64,000 nt of DNA from Malacoraja senta (GCA_038087875.1 CM075995.1:2482001-2546000), one strand, 5' to 3'. Shown: positions 40,712 to 53,005, numbered from the stretch's first letter. Numbers and translations: made by a program. Notes: generated by a model from the letters alone, not told the origin.

Positions 40712-41620
40712 CTCCGTTTTAACTCACCAGGGCCCCAGTTCACGCCTCCATTTTAACTCACCAGGGCCCCAGTTCACATCTCCATTTTAACTCACCAGGG
40801 CCCCAGTTCACGCCTCCATTTTAACTCACCAGGGCCCCAGTTCACATCTCCATTTTAACTCACCAGGGCCCCAGTTCACGCCTCCATTTTAACTCACCAG
40901 GGCCCCAGTTCACGCCTCCATTTTAACTCACCAGGGCCCCAGTTCACGCCTCCATTTTAACTCACCAGGGCCCCAGTTCACACCTCCATTTTAACTCACC
41001 AGGGCCCCAGTTCACATCTCCATTTTAACTCACCAGGGCCCCAGTTCACGCCTCCATTTTAACTCACCAGGGCCCCAATTCACGTCTCCAATTTAACTCA
41101 CCAGGGCCCCAGTTCACGTCTCCATTTTAACTCACCAGGGCCCCAGTTCACACCTCCATTTTAACTCACCAGGGCCCCAGTTCACGCCTCCATTTTAACT
41201 CACCAGGGCCCCAGTTCACGCCTCCATTTTAACTCACCAGGGCCCCAGTTCACATCTCCATTTTAACTCACCAGGGCCCCAGTTCACGCCTCCATTTTAA
41301 CTCACCAGTGCCCCAATTCACGTCTCCAATTTAACTCACCAGGGCCCCAGTTCACGTCTCCATTTTAACTCACCAGGGCCCCAGTTCACGTCTCCATTTT
41401 AACTCACCAGGGCCCCAGTTCACGTCTCCATTTTAACTCACCAGGGCCCCAGTTCACGTCTCCATTTAAACTCACCAGGGCCCCAGTTCACGTCTCCATT
41501 TTAACTCACCAGGGCCCCAGTTCACGGCTCCATTTTAACTCACCAGGGCTCCAGTTCACGCCTCCATTTTAACACTAGAGCCCCAATTCATGCCTCCATT
41601 TTAACTCACCAGGGCCCTGA
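40712..41620. repeat. 34-bp minisatellite, ~27 units, degenerate tail to ~41720
   Basis: Unit CTCCATTTTAACTCACCAGGGCCCCAGTTCAC(GC/AT/AC/GT/GG); period 34 (e.g. 40746, 40780). Confidence 0.95.
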
Positions 41621-41951
41621 CTCATCTGGTCTCTTTCAACTCACTGGGGCCCCAGCCCATGTCTTCCATTCAACTCACCAGGATCCAGGTACCCATATTT
41701 GATTTCAACTCACCGGGTTCACGGTAAAATTTCTTCCAGTACGGTGTAACAGTTTTTTAAAATTATAAAGTGATCTAAAAGTGTGTTGAAGCATTAATAA
41801 CATCTGAGAATCTGGAAAAGCTGCAGTCCGACACCACCAATGTCTTAAGTTTGATGAATTATTGGTGTTTTATTGAATCTAACTCAAATAATTTTGCGAG
41901 CTGTAGTGGGAAGGTTTCTCTGGACTAGAATGCATGGCAAAGCCATCTTAC

Positions 41952-42014
41952 CTTGTGATCATACGGGGTGTACGACTGAAACAGCTGAGACAGCTCCCTG
42001 GTTCTTTGCTTTTT
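41952..42014 (-). CDS. CDKAL1: Internal coding exon (63 nt, phase 0-0) of CDKAL1, the threonylcarbamoyladenosine tRNA methylthiotransferase (radical SAM/TRAM)
   Basis: Minus strand reads ttttttgttccag|AAAAAGCAA...GATCACAAG|gtaaga, with canonical acceptor and donor. It translates to KKQRTRELSQLFQSYTPYDHK, matching the recalled human CDKAL1 segment KKQRTKDLSRVFHSYSPYDHK just before the TRAM domain. Neighbouring exons were not found in the window. Confidence 0.92.
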
Positions 42015-42219
42015 CTGGAACAAAAAATGTAACCAATATTTAGAAGTAATCTAAATTATGAATAATGCAAGCAAAGCAATTAGCACATTAAAGCAACATT
42101 GCATCAACTGAAAAAAATATTCACGATAATGTAACCATCCCCAGGTAATGAACAGGTTCTGTTTTGACAGATGTCCATAAGTTGATTTTGTCCATAAAAA
42201 TCACACAATAGCTCCATAG

Positions 42220-42500
42220 AGCGGCACTGTGGCGCAGCGGTAGTGTTGCTTGCTTAGAGCACCAGAGACCTGGGTTCGATCCTGACTAGGGGTGCTGTCT
42301 GTACGGAGTTTCTGCGTTCTCCCCGTGACCGCGTGGGTTTTCCTCCCACATTTCAAAGACGTGCGGGTTTGTGGGTTTCATTGGCTTTGGTAAATGGTAA
42401 ATGTTCCCTAGTGTGTAGGATAGCGTTAGTGTATGGGGTGATCACTGGATGGCACGGACTCGGTGGGATGAAGACCTGTATCTGTACTGTATCTCTAAAG
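42220..42500 (+). mobile_element. HE1-like V-SINE
   Basis: Head, V-domain, tail; ~200 bp from the exon acceptor. Confidence 0.8.
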
Positions 42501-42585
42501 TCTAGTACTGTAATGAATTGCTTCAAAAGGACACAAGAAAAATAAGAAGGAACAATTACTAAAAGTGGTGTGAGAGTGGAAACTA

Positions 42586-43065
42586 AATGTTTAAGAAAGA
42601 ACTGCAGAAGCTGGAAAAATCGAAGGTAGACACAATTTCGGTCGAGACTCACTCTGGCCATGGAGGAGGCCCAGGACTCCACTCAGTTCGCATTAACCAA
42701 CCTGATCTCCCGGTGGATCAGCACTTTAACTCCCCCTCCCATTCCGCATCCGACCTTTCTGTCCTGGGCCTTCTCCATGGCCAGAGTGAGTCCCACCGCA
42801 ATTGGAGGAGCAGCATCTCATATTTGCTTGGGCAGTTTACACCCCAGTGGTATGAACATTGACTTCTCCAATTTCAGGTAGTCCTTGCTTTCTCCCCTTC
42901 TCAGCTCTCCCCCAGCCTACTGTCTCCGCCTCTTCCTTTCTTCTTCCTGCCCCCCCTCCCCCACATCAGTCTGAAGAAGGGTCACGACCCGAAACGTCAC
43001 CTATTCCTTCGCTCCATAGATGCTGTCTCACCCGCTGAGTTTCTGCAGCATTTTTGTCTACCTTC
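42586..43065 (+). mobile_element. Penelope element: 5' inverted end, GIY-YIG remnant and 3' end
   Basis: 15-bp TSD tgagagtggaaacta (42571-42585, 43066-43080). Confidence 0.85.
42971..42998 (+). ncRNA. Minimal hammerhead ribozyme core (Penelope-associated)
   Basis: CTGAAGA-A-GGGT(CACG)ACCC-GAAA-CGTC. Confidence 0.6.
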
Positions 43066-43437
43066 TGAGAGTGGAAACTATTTCTGTCGCTCGTAGGAAT
43101 TAATGTACATTGGATTTTTGAATTTAGTAATAATATGGAGCGTGTCAATAAGTTGGGTGTTCATCACCCATGGACGGCCAACAATAAAACAATATTTGAA
43201 GCTCAGAATGCATTTTCAGTGGAGATTCCATTACAGTCCAGCCATAGATGTCAAGGTGAAACATAGATAAGGTTGCAATTTACTACATGTCAGCAGAAGG
43301 TCTGCTGCATATATTTCTGGTCGATAGAAATTGGAAAACGTTAGCTTCTGGTGCTTTTTAAAGTTATATTTAACACTCAGCCAACTGATGGAAGCCAAAT
43401 TCACAGACTTGAATACAAGATCGCCACGTTTTAACGC

Positions 43438-43728
43438 AGTTTAATTTAGAGACACGGCGCAGAAACGGGCCCTTCTGCCCACTGAATCTGCGCTGACCAG
43501 CGATCACCTGCACACTAGGAACAATTTACAAGTTTTACCGAAGCCAAATTAACCTACAAATCTGTACATCTTTGGAGTGTGGCAGGAAACTAGAGTTCCG
43601 GGGGTAATCCCACGCAGGTCACGGGGAGAAGGTACAAACTCCGTACCGACAGCACCCGTTGTCAGGATAGAACCCGGGTCTCTGGCGCTGTAAGCCAGCA
43701 ACTCTACCGCTGCGCCACCGTGCCACCC
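43438..43728 (-). mobile_element. HE1-like V-SINE
   Basis: Full length. Confidence 0.85.
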
Positions 43729-44109
43729 CATGGCTATACATGACCATATTATGGTGAAATTCAGATGATATCATAGCAACAAAGCTCAAATAGTTTTTAA
43801 GTTAGCATCTTACTCTGGGAGTTCTTTAAAAAAAAACAATAGCATCCACTGATGTTTGCAATTGGGCTGTGTGAAATCTTTCTAAGAAAGTCATAAATTA
43901 CTCCAATCATAAAAACAAAAAATGCAGAAAGAGAAACAAAATTAACCAAAAGACCCTCCTTCAGTAGACACTCACAACTTGCTGACCAACAGTTCTCTTC
44001 ACATCCATAATGATAAGTTCACTTGGGGTTTGAAGATTTTTACAAAGTACAAATATACTTCATTTGTCGCAACATTTTCAAAGAACAACGATTCATAATG
44101 GGCTCTACA

Positions 44110-44295
44110 GAAAAGGACACAAAGTGCTGGAGCAACTCAGCAGGTCAGGCAGCATCTCTGGAGAACATGGATAGGTGACACCTCAGGTCGCGATCCGAAA
44201 CGTCACTTATCCATGTTCTCCAGAGATGCTGCCTGACCAGCTGAGTTACTCCAGCACTTTGTGTCCTTCAGTGTATCAACCAGCATCTGCAGATC
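44110..44295. mobile_element. Fold-back Penelope mini-element
   Basis: aaggacacaaagtgctggag.. / ..ctccagcactttgtgtcctt inverted arms. Confidence 0.8.
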
Positions 44296-44708
44296 TTTGT
44301 TTCGACACAATGGGCGCTAAATATGTATTGTATTATGAAAATGAGAGAGAAAAAAAGAGAATTCATCAGAACTGTTCTCAGGATATGACACGTGTTGAGT
44401 TTCTCAGCATTTATGCCATCATCAACTGCTCTGAAAAGATATTGCAGGTTTTTCCACATATCATTTTATTCTTTGTTGTGATGGTAGACCCACAACTGCA
44501 GTTTGATAGGAATCATAGGAAGTTGATCCAGTGACAATATATTGTCACCGAGTCGTGTCCTCCAAAGAATGCTGTGTGACATTGAGTGGATGCCCATAAT
44601 GCTGCTGTTCATCTAACCCAGACAGACTGGTCTCAGGGGAACGATATGCAGTCAATGTCAACTTGGTAAGTTGATGCAAACAATAGATAGTATATTTTGC
44701 AAGCCTTA

Positions 44709-45323
44709 AGGGCCTGTCCCACTTGGGCGTCATTTGTACGTCATTCACGCGACATCCTAAAAATTGGTTGGCCCGTAATGACACGCGCATGGCGCGTGAT
44801 GAGGCGTGGTGGCGTATGCAGTGACGCGCGGTAACGTGCGGCGCTCCAGGATTTTGGAATGCTCAAAATCCTCGCACGCCACCTGCATGACGTATCCCTT
44901 GTGCATGCTGACGTACTGATGGCGTACGCTGACGTACTGACGGCGTACGTGTAGCGCGTGGTGACGCATGGTTACGCACGAACATTGCATATGCTAATTT
45001 ATTATGCGTCACAGTGCGTCAACGTCCGTAACCATGCGCCGCCCGTATGCCGTCGGCGCGCCATTTGTGCGTCATTTGAGCGCCGCACCACGTGACCACC
45101 CGGGTATAAAGCGCGCGTAGTTTTGAAAAATTTTCACTGGGAAAATACTTGCCACGAGATTGGACTAAGTACGAACAACATCGCAAATGGCTCCCAAAAG
45201 AAGCAGGACCCTCAAGAGCACTTGGCGCGCGACTGTCGTACTGCTAGACAATTTTCGCGCGACAGTCGCTACCGGCCTGTCATGTAAATTACGCGCAAAT
45301 GATGCCCAAGTGGGACAGGCCCT
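44709..45323. mobile_element. PIF/Harbinger-like MITE, subfamily C (long form)
   Basis: TIR AGGGCCTGTCCCACTTGGGC(G/A)TCATTTG; TTA TSD at 44706-44708 and 45324-45326; shares interior blocks with 16127-16349. Confidence 0.88.
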
Positions 45324-47264
45324 TTATTGTGCTGGAGATGAGTTTTGGTTTAGTTTATTGAGTTTAGTTTATTGTCACGTGTACTGAGGTACGGTGAAAA
45401 GCTTCTGTCGCATGCTAACCAGTCAGCGGCAAGACATGATTACAATCTGCCATCCACAGTGTGCAAATACACAATAAATGGAATAACTCGAATCACATTT
45501 AGTGCAAGATCAAAGATAGTCCGTGTGAAGTCTGATCAAAGATAGTCCGTGGGTCTCCAATGAGGTAGATAGTAGCTCAGGACTGCAGATAGAACAGGAC
45601 TTCAAAAGGACAAAAAAGTAATGATGATAAAGGAAACAGGCCATTGTTAGCTGTTTATTAGGTGAGAATGAGAAACTGGTACGACTTGGGTGGGAGAGTG
45701 ATGGAGAGAGAGAGGGAATGCAGGAATGACGTGAAAGTAGAGAAATCAAAACTCATACCAATGGGTTGTAAGCTGCCCAAGCAAAATATGAGATGTTGTT
45801 CCTCCAATTTGCCTCACTCTGACAATAGAGGAGGCCTAGGGCAGAAAGACAATGGAGGAGGCCTAGGACAGAAATGGCCTGTTTCCTTTATCATCGTTAC
45901 TTTTTTGCATATCTTTCATTCATTTGTTCTATATCTCTCTACGTCACTGTGTATATCTCTCATTTCCCTTTCCCATGACTCTGTCTGAAGAAGGGCCTCG
46001 ACCCGAAACATCACCCGTTCCTTCTCTCCAGCTGAGAGAGCCTGTCCCACATTTATATCTTTAGTTACTCCAGTATTTTGTCTTTCTTCGATATAAACCA
46101 GCGTCAGCAGTTCCTTCCTACACAGTGTACAGAGTCGCCAGTTTGGCGCCATTTGCAAGTCCCAGTTGTTGTAAGTTCAGGGATCTTGACCTGACCATGA
46201 ATGGGCTGTTACCTGATTATGATCCGTTACTGATCATAATCAGTTACAAGCAGACATCTTGTAAACGTATGAGTTAAGCATCAGACTCAACTGGTAATCA
46301 CCCATTGATCAATCACCTTCTTGGAACTGTTTTTGTTTCACGGCTTACACCCAGATGTTTTTTTTATTACAGCCGAACGCACATTTAAAGAGCAAAAAGC
46401 AACATGTTTTAAGTTGCATTGTCATGAATCATGTAATGCATGTCACTAATCCAAATATCCATTAGTGTCAATGCCTCCATTAAATATTTGATGGGATATA
46501 AACTATTAAATGCAGTGAGTCATAACTCCAAATATTGGCAGTTCCACAGCATAATGATCACAGTCAACATTAATTCATTACGAACACAATTTCACCTTTT
46601 CATATTATTTACCAATTTATTCTCATTTGGCCATCATCAGGAGGGTCAAAAATTATTACTCGTAACTAAATGCCCTTGAGAAGGTGATGGAGATATATGC
46701 CTTCTTAAACCACTGCAGTCTTTACAGAGGTGCCGCGCAGCAGAGGCCTTCCCAAGGTGCCGCAGCCATCACGCACGCCTCAAGACTTGTCGGTTGGTGG
46801 GACCAGGGACCCGCCCGTAGGCTCGTCAGTCGCTGGGACCCGCCAGATGATTCGTCGGTTGGCGGGACCCCCCCGAAGGTTCACGGGGCCCGCACAAAGG
46901 CTCGGTCGTCGTCGGGGCCGGTAACCCACCCGAAGGCTCATTGAACAGTGTAATCGGGAAGGAGCTGGAGACGTCATGCGGTAGGAGGGTGAACCAGTGT
47001 GATGCCTCCACGCCTTCAGGGTCGGCTGCAGGAGGCACACACCCGGGACACAAAGACGGCCGCGCGACGAGAGGAGAGGGATGTCGGTTCGCGGGAGCTA
47101 CTCCAGTACATCGAGCGCACAGGCCACCCGACAATGCAATTTGAATAACGGTGCCAAAAATGGCGTTCCAGCAGACGTTGGAAATGCAAAAAATATTTCA
47201 ATGTACAGTTGCTTATGTGACAAATAAAGCACTATTGAAGTATTGACCTATCTTTCTCATGAAA

Positions 47265-47745
47265 GATCTGTATATCAGCGAGACCAAGCGCAGGCTCGGC
47301 GATCGTTTCGCTGAACACCTCCGCTCGGTCTGCCTTAAACTACCTGATCTCCCGGTTGCTCAGCACTTTAACTCCCCCTCCCATTCCCAATCTGACCTTT
47401 CTGTCCTGGGCCTCCTCCATCGTCAGAGTGAACCCAGCGCAAATTGGAGGAACAGCACCTCATATTTCGCTTGAGTAGCTTACACCCCAGCGGTATTAAC
47501 ATTGACTTCTCTAACTTCAAATTGCCCTCGCTGCAATTCTCTCTCCATCCCCTACCCCGTCCCAGTTCTCCCACCAGTCTTACTGTCTCTGACTACATTC
47601 TATCTTTGTCCCGCCCACTCCCCTGACATCAGTCTGAAGAAGGGTCTCGACCTGAAACGTCACCCATTTCTTCTCTCCAGAGATGTTACTCCAGCATTTT
47701 GTGTCTACCTTCAATTTAAACCAGCACCTGCAGTTCTTTCCTAAA
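47265..47745 (+). mobile_element. Penelope 3' fragment
   Basis: LYISETKRRLGDRFAEHLRSV..PVAQHFNSPSH plus end motif. Confidence 0.85.
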
Positions 47746-47754
47746 CACTGTGAA

Positions 47755-48055
47755 TTTAATTTAGTTTAGTTTAGAGATACAGCGCAGAAACAGGCCCTTC
47801 GGCCCACCGAGTCCTCACCAACCAGCGATCCCCGCACATTATCACTATCCTACACACACGAGGGACAATTTACATTTATACCAAGTCAATTAACCTACAT
47901 GTCTTTGGATTATGGGAGGAAACCGAAGATCTCCGATAAAACCCACGTGGTCACGTGGAGAACGTACAAACTCCGTACAGACCAGCACCCATAGTTGGGA
48001 TCGAATCCGGGTCTCCGCCACTGTAAGCGCTGTAAGGCAGCAACTCTACTGTGCA
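47755..48055 (-). mobile_element. HE1-like V-SINE
   Basis: Tail and V-domain. Confidence 0.8.
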
Positions 48056-49069
48056 ATTCGTAGGTCAAGATCTCAAACCTGCTACAAATCTCTGTATGTG
48101 CTGGGCATTAGTATTCTTGCCCACCTGCGTGCTTGATATTTGGATTATCTCCTCAAGAACAAACGAAAATAGCATAGTAGGTCACCTACCGTCTCAACCC
48201 TGCTCTGAAATCGAGGGCTCAAAGGCCCCGACCACGGGTGAACAAAAAAGAAGATGACTGAACTTTATTGCCTTCCCTCACAGTGGGAAACGTTGATTCC
48301 GCTGTGGGGGATGTTCATGTTAAATTCTATCGTGTATTGTGTTCTTTTTATTCGTATGGCTGTATGGCAATTCAAATCTCACTGTACCAATTGGTGCATG
48401 TGACAATAAATGTCTCTTGAACTCTTGAAATTCAGTATCACCATGGCTGATCGAGTACATGCTCGACTTCTCTGCGCAAATCCCCGTGGTCTTCAACTCC
48501 CCATCTTCCAACAATGTGTCTACTCCCACTTTAAATACTTCTGATGAGGTGGTGTCCACAGCTCTCTGGAGGAGAGAATTCCAGTCATTCACTGTCCATA
48601 CCAGGCACCTCAAGGCACCAGCAAGACGTCAGCAATGCTGTCTCCACAAGGTCACCCAAATCCACTGGAGGGAAATGTTAACCAACAGATGTCTCTATTA
48701 GACGGGGCATGTTATTTATATGTCCAATGCCAGACACTCAAGACAGACATTCTATACTGAGCTCTGTCATGCAGGGAGATTACCGGGCAGATTTGGAAAA
48801 AAGATTCAAGGATGTTCTCAAAGTCTCATTGTAAACGCGCAACATACCGGCCATCATCCAGGGGAAAAGGTTTTGACTGTCCACCCAATGTATTGTGATT
48901 TTATATACTTTTTTCTATAATTCTATCAAAGAGGCCTGGCATTGATCAGCCATTGAGGTGTTAGATGTTCTCTCCTACTATTTTCTTGTTTTTTTGGGTT
49001 TCAGATACAAAGTTAACACTGAAGCGCAGGCTCCAGTATAGTCCAACATTATTTATTGTATACAATAAT

Positions 49070-49383
49070 AGTTTATTTTAGTTTAGTTTAAAGATACAGC
49101 GCGGAAAAAGGGCCTTCGGTCCAGCCAGTCCGCGCCAACCAGCGATCCCCACACTAATACTATCCCACACACTCGGGACAATTTACAATTAAACCAAGCC
49201 AATGAACCTGCAAACCTGTACGTCTTTGGAATGTGTGCGGAAACCGGAGAACCCGGAGGAAACTCATGCAGGTCACGGGGAGAACGTACAAACTCTGTAC
49301 AAACAAGCACCCATAGTCAGGATCGAACCCAGGTCCCTGGCGCTGTAAGGCAGCAACTCTACCACTGCGCCACCGTGCCACCC
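49070..49383 (-). mobile_element. HE1-like V-SINE
   Basis: Full length. Confidence 0.85.
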
Positions 49384-50564
49384 TTGTCTTTGGCACTCAT
49401 GTGCTGGGCCGTGCTATCTTTGCGAATTAGGATTCTCAAAGACGTGCAGGCTTGCAGGTTAATTGGCTTCTGTAAATTGTCCCTTGCGTGTGTAGGATAG
49501 AGCCTGTGTACGGGATGATCGTACACTGGTCAGTGCAGACTCGTGCAACATACCGGCCAACGCTTGTTGACTTTCATCCAGGTGAAGAGCCTGTTTCCAG
49601 GCTGTATCTCTAAACTGAACTAAACCATGCCATGACTCGACCTGGGGATCCCAATCCCCATGCAGACTGATACTCCACTCCCCAAGCCTTGCCTTTGCCC
49701 CTCCGTGGCACTTCGTGTCCACAATTTACAGTAATGTTAATGCCAGTTAGCACGTTGAGCATGCAAGATATGTTCTGCTGCTCACCCTGAGTTGGGCAAT
49801 ACACAACCAGTACTTATTTTTCAACATCCCTGCACAATCCATGTGTTGGTCCATCACACACCAAATATTTAACACTAACTTTTCGATGCCCAAGAATTGC
49901 TGCACCAATCTTTGATCGGACTTTACCTTGCACTAAAAGTATCATGAATCTGCACACGGTGAATGGCTCGATTGCAACCATGTGTTGTCTTTCCACTGGC
50001 TGGCCAGCATGCAACTAAAGCGTTTCACTGTATCTCGGTACACGTGACAATAAATTAAACAAAAACCAAACCTTATCATGTATCTGTACACTGTGAATGG
50101 CTCGATTGTAATTATGTGTTGTCTTTCTGCTGACTGCTTAGCAGGCAACAAAAGCTTTTCACTGTGCATTGGTACACGTGACAATAAACTAAACTGAACT
50201 GAACTAAAAAAAATTAGGCATTGGAATAAGGAGGCAATGCTTGCAATCTTTAGTCTGCCCATTAAGGCATGCATATAAACATTCTCCAACACTCTTTTCT
50301 CGAACCCTCATCCTCGGGTTTAAACTGAAATAACCTCTTTATTGTCATACCCTTTTATCACCTGTGTTATGCTATACACTAATTTTCAAGAAACAAAAAA
50401 TCCCTCTGTTATGTAAGCAAACCCAGATAGAGATTCGCAGCAAAACAAACATACATTATTTTTTATATTTTGTAAATATCCTCTAGATTTAATGCATTTA
50501 ATTAAGAATGAATGGGCAATGCTGAATTCTTATTCCCTATTTTGTCATTGGTCAGTTTACTATG

Positions 50565-51512
50565 CATAGAGTCATAGAGTCGTGGAGACATATTGCGTGG
50601 AAATAGGCCCACTGGCCCTGCTTGCCCACGCCGACCAACATGTCCTACCTACACTAGTCCCATGCCTGCTTTTGGCCCATATCCCTCCAAACCTATCCTA
50701 TCCATGTACTTGTCTAAGTGTTTCTTGAAGGTTGCAATAGTACCTGCCTCAACTACCCCCTCCGGCAGCTCGTTCCATGCACCAGCACCCGTCATGTAAA
50801 ACAGTTACCCCTCAGGTTCCTATTAAATCCTTCCCCCTCACTTTAAAATTATGTCCTCTGGTTCTCGATTCCCCTGTTCTGCACTAGAGACTCTGTGTCT
50901 TTACTTGATCTTTTCTTCTCACGATTTGGTACACCTCTATAAGATCACCCCCTCATCGTCCTGCTCTCCAAGAGTCCTAGCCTGCCCAATCTCTCCCTAT
51001 AGCACAGACCCTCAAGTCCTGGAAATATCCTTGTAAATCTTCTCTGCACCCTTTCCAGCTTGACAACATCTTTACTATACCAAAAGGTGAACACGATACT
51101 CGAAATGTGGCCCCACCAACGTCTTATACAACTGCAACATGACCTCCCAATTTCTATACTCTGTACTCTGACTGATGAAGGCCAATGTGCCAAAAGCTTT
51201 CTTGACCACCATACCTACCTGTGACACCACTTTCAAGGAACCATGCACCTGCACTGCTAGATCCCTCTGCTCTACAACACTCCCCAGTGCTCTACCGTTC
51301 ACTGTGTAGGTCCTGCCCATGTCAGATGTCCCAATATGCAACACCTCACATTTCTCTATATTAAATTCTGTCAACCAACCATCTGGCCAACTGATAAAGA
51401 TCCTGCTGCAATTTTTGACAACCATCTTCACTATCTACAATACCAACTACTTTTGTGTCGTTTGCAAACCTGCTAATCAGGCAGTGTACTTTCATATCCA
51501 TATCATTGATGT
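50565..51512 (-). mobile_element. Degenerate CR1 RT/3' fragment
   Basis: ISRFANDTKV..FNIEKCEVLH..LERVQRRFTR. Confidence 0.8.
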
Positions 51513-51707
51513 CGCAATGCCAGTTACATCCTTCAAACTTGACGTGAAAATATGAAAAGTGAGTCTGTGGGCTTGAATTTCTGTCCTGCAGTCTCAAGGA
51601 AACAATTTACCAAGCTGTTCATATATTTATCTGCCAGTGATTGAAATACTTGTCTCTGATCAGTGGACAGAGGATATCACTTGTTAGGGAAACTAATGGT
51701 CCAAACA

Positions 51708-52120
51708 TGACTATTCCTTGGAGCGCAGGAGGATGAGGGGTGATCTTATGGAGGTGTACAAAATCATGAGAGGAATAGATCAGATAGACGCACAGTCTTT
51801 TGGCCAGAGTAGGAGAATCGAGAACCAGAGGACATAGGTTTAAGGTGAGGGGGGAACGATTTAATAGGAATCTGAGGTGTAACTTTTTTACTGGAAGAGT
51901 GGCTGTGTATGGAACGGGTTGCCGGAAGAGGTAGTTGATGCAGGTATTATTGCAATGTTTAAGAAGCATTTAAACAGGTACATAGATAGGACAGGTTTAA
52001 AGGGATATGGGCCAAATGCAGGCAGGTGGGACTAGTGTAGATGGGACACGTTGGACGGCGTGGGCAAGTTGGGCCGAAGGGCCTGTTTCCACGCTGTAAG
52101 ATTCTGACTCTATGATTCTG
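51708..52120 (+). mobile_element. CR1 3' fragment (second family)
   Basis: Tail gggccgaagggcctgtttccacgctg. Confidence 0.8.
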
Positions 52121-52654
52121 ACTTGCTCCAATTGCCAGATCTGCTAGCTCTTCATTTGCTGAAGACCAAAAGTTATGATCTGCTAATGTTACTACACTGG
52201 ACGATAAAAATGTAGGGGCAAGAGTAGGCTACTCGACCCCTTAATGCTCGCCATTCAATATGATCATGGCTGATCGGCCCCAGGCTAATCCCCCTCGTAT
52301 GTGCCAGCCCCACATGTCTCACAATTCCCCAATCTTACAAAAATGTATCTATCTCCTCTTTAGATCCCTCCAGTGATTAAGCCTCCTCTACCCACCGGGG
52401 TAGAGAGTTCCAGAGATTCACCACCCTCTACATGATGTTGTTTCCACGAATCTCTGTTTCAAGTGACCGATCCATAACGATTCTCCCCTTTTAAGATTCT
52501 CCACCTTGGGGAAACATTGCAACATCTATCCTTCCTCCCTTAGGACCTTGCATGCTTCCATAAAAAAAACTCTTCATTACTTATGAATTCCAAAGGATAT
52601 CAATCTGATTTATTTAGCAGCTGGTTTGAATTAGCTCTACATAATTTCACTAGC

Positions 52655-52955
52655 CTCCCTGTTGGATTGCAACCTTGTCGTGGTCGGGGAGCTTGTATGT
52701 CTCAGTGACCCCTAGAGCTATGCCAGCGGTAGATTCGTCTCCTGTTAGGGTCTCCCATGCTGGACAGGTCGAAGGGTAGAGGCGAGACGAAGAGCGATCC
52801 ACTGGTCCTCCAGGTTGGAGGTTGAACGCAGGGCAAACAACCCTGTCTCGTAAAACAAATATGTTATGGAAACAGCAACTGAAGGAATCAACAGGAGTGG
52901 AGGACCTTCGTTGCTGCCCTACATGCCAGGAGGCATAATAGGTAGTAAGTAAGTA
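52655..52955 (+). mobile_element. RTE-derived bipartite short element (5'UTR joined to 3' tail)
   Basis: accttgtcgtgg..gagctatgcc..agggtctcccatg resembles recalled RTE/Expander 5'UTR; tggaggaccttcgttgctgcccta plus (gtaa)n tail. Confidence 0.6.
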
Positions 52956-53005
52956 CATCCACTGGCCAGAAACTCAACTGAGCTAGTTACTTGAATGCTA
53001 TGAAT

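Noticed and set aside
40712..41620. CRISPR-like array
   Set aside because: Units are contiguous with no unique spacers, there are no cas genes, and the context is a vertebrate intron
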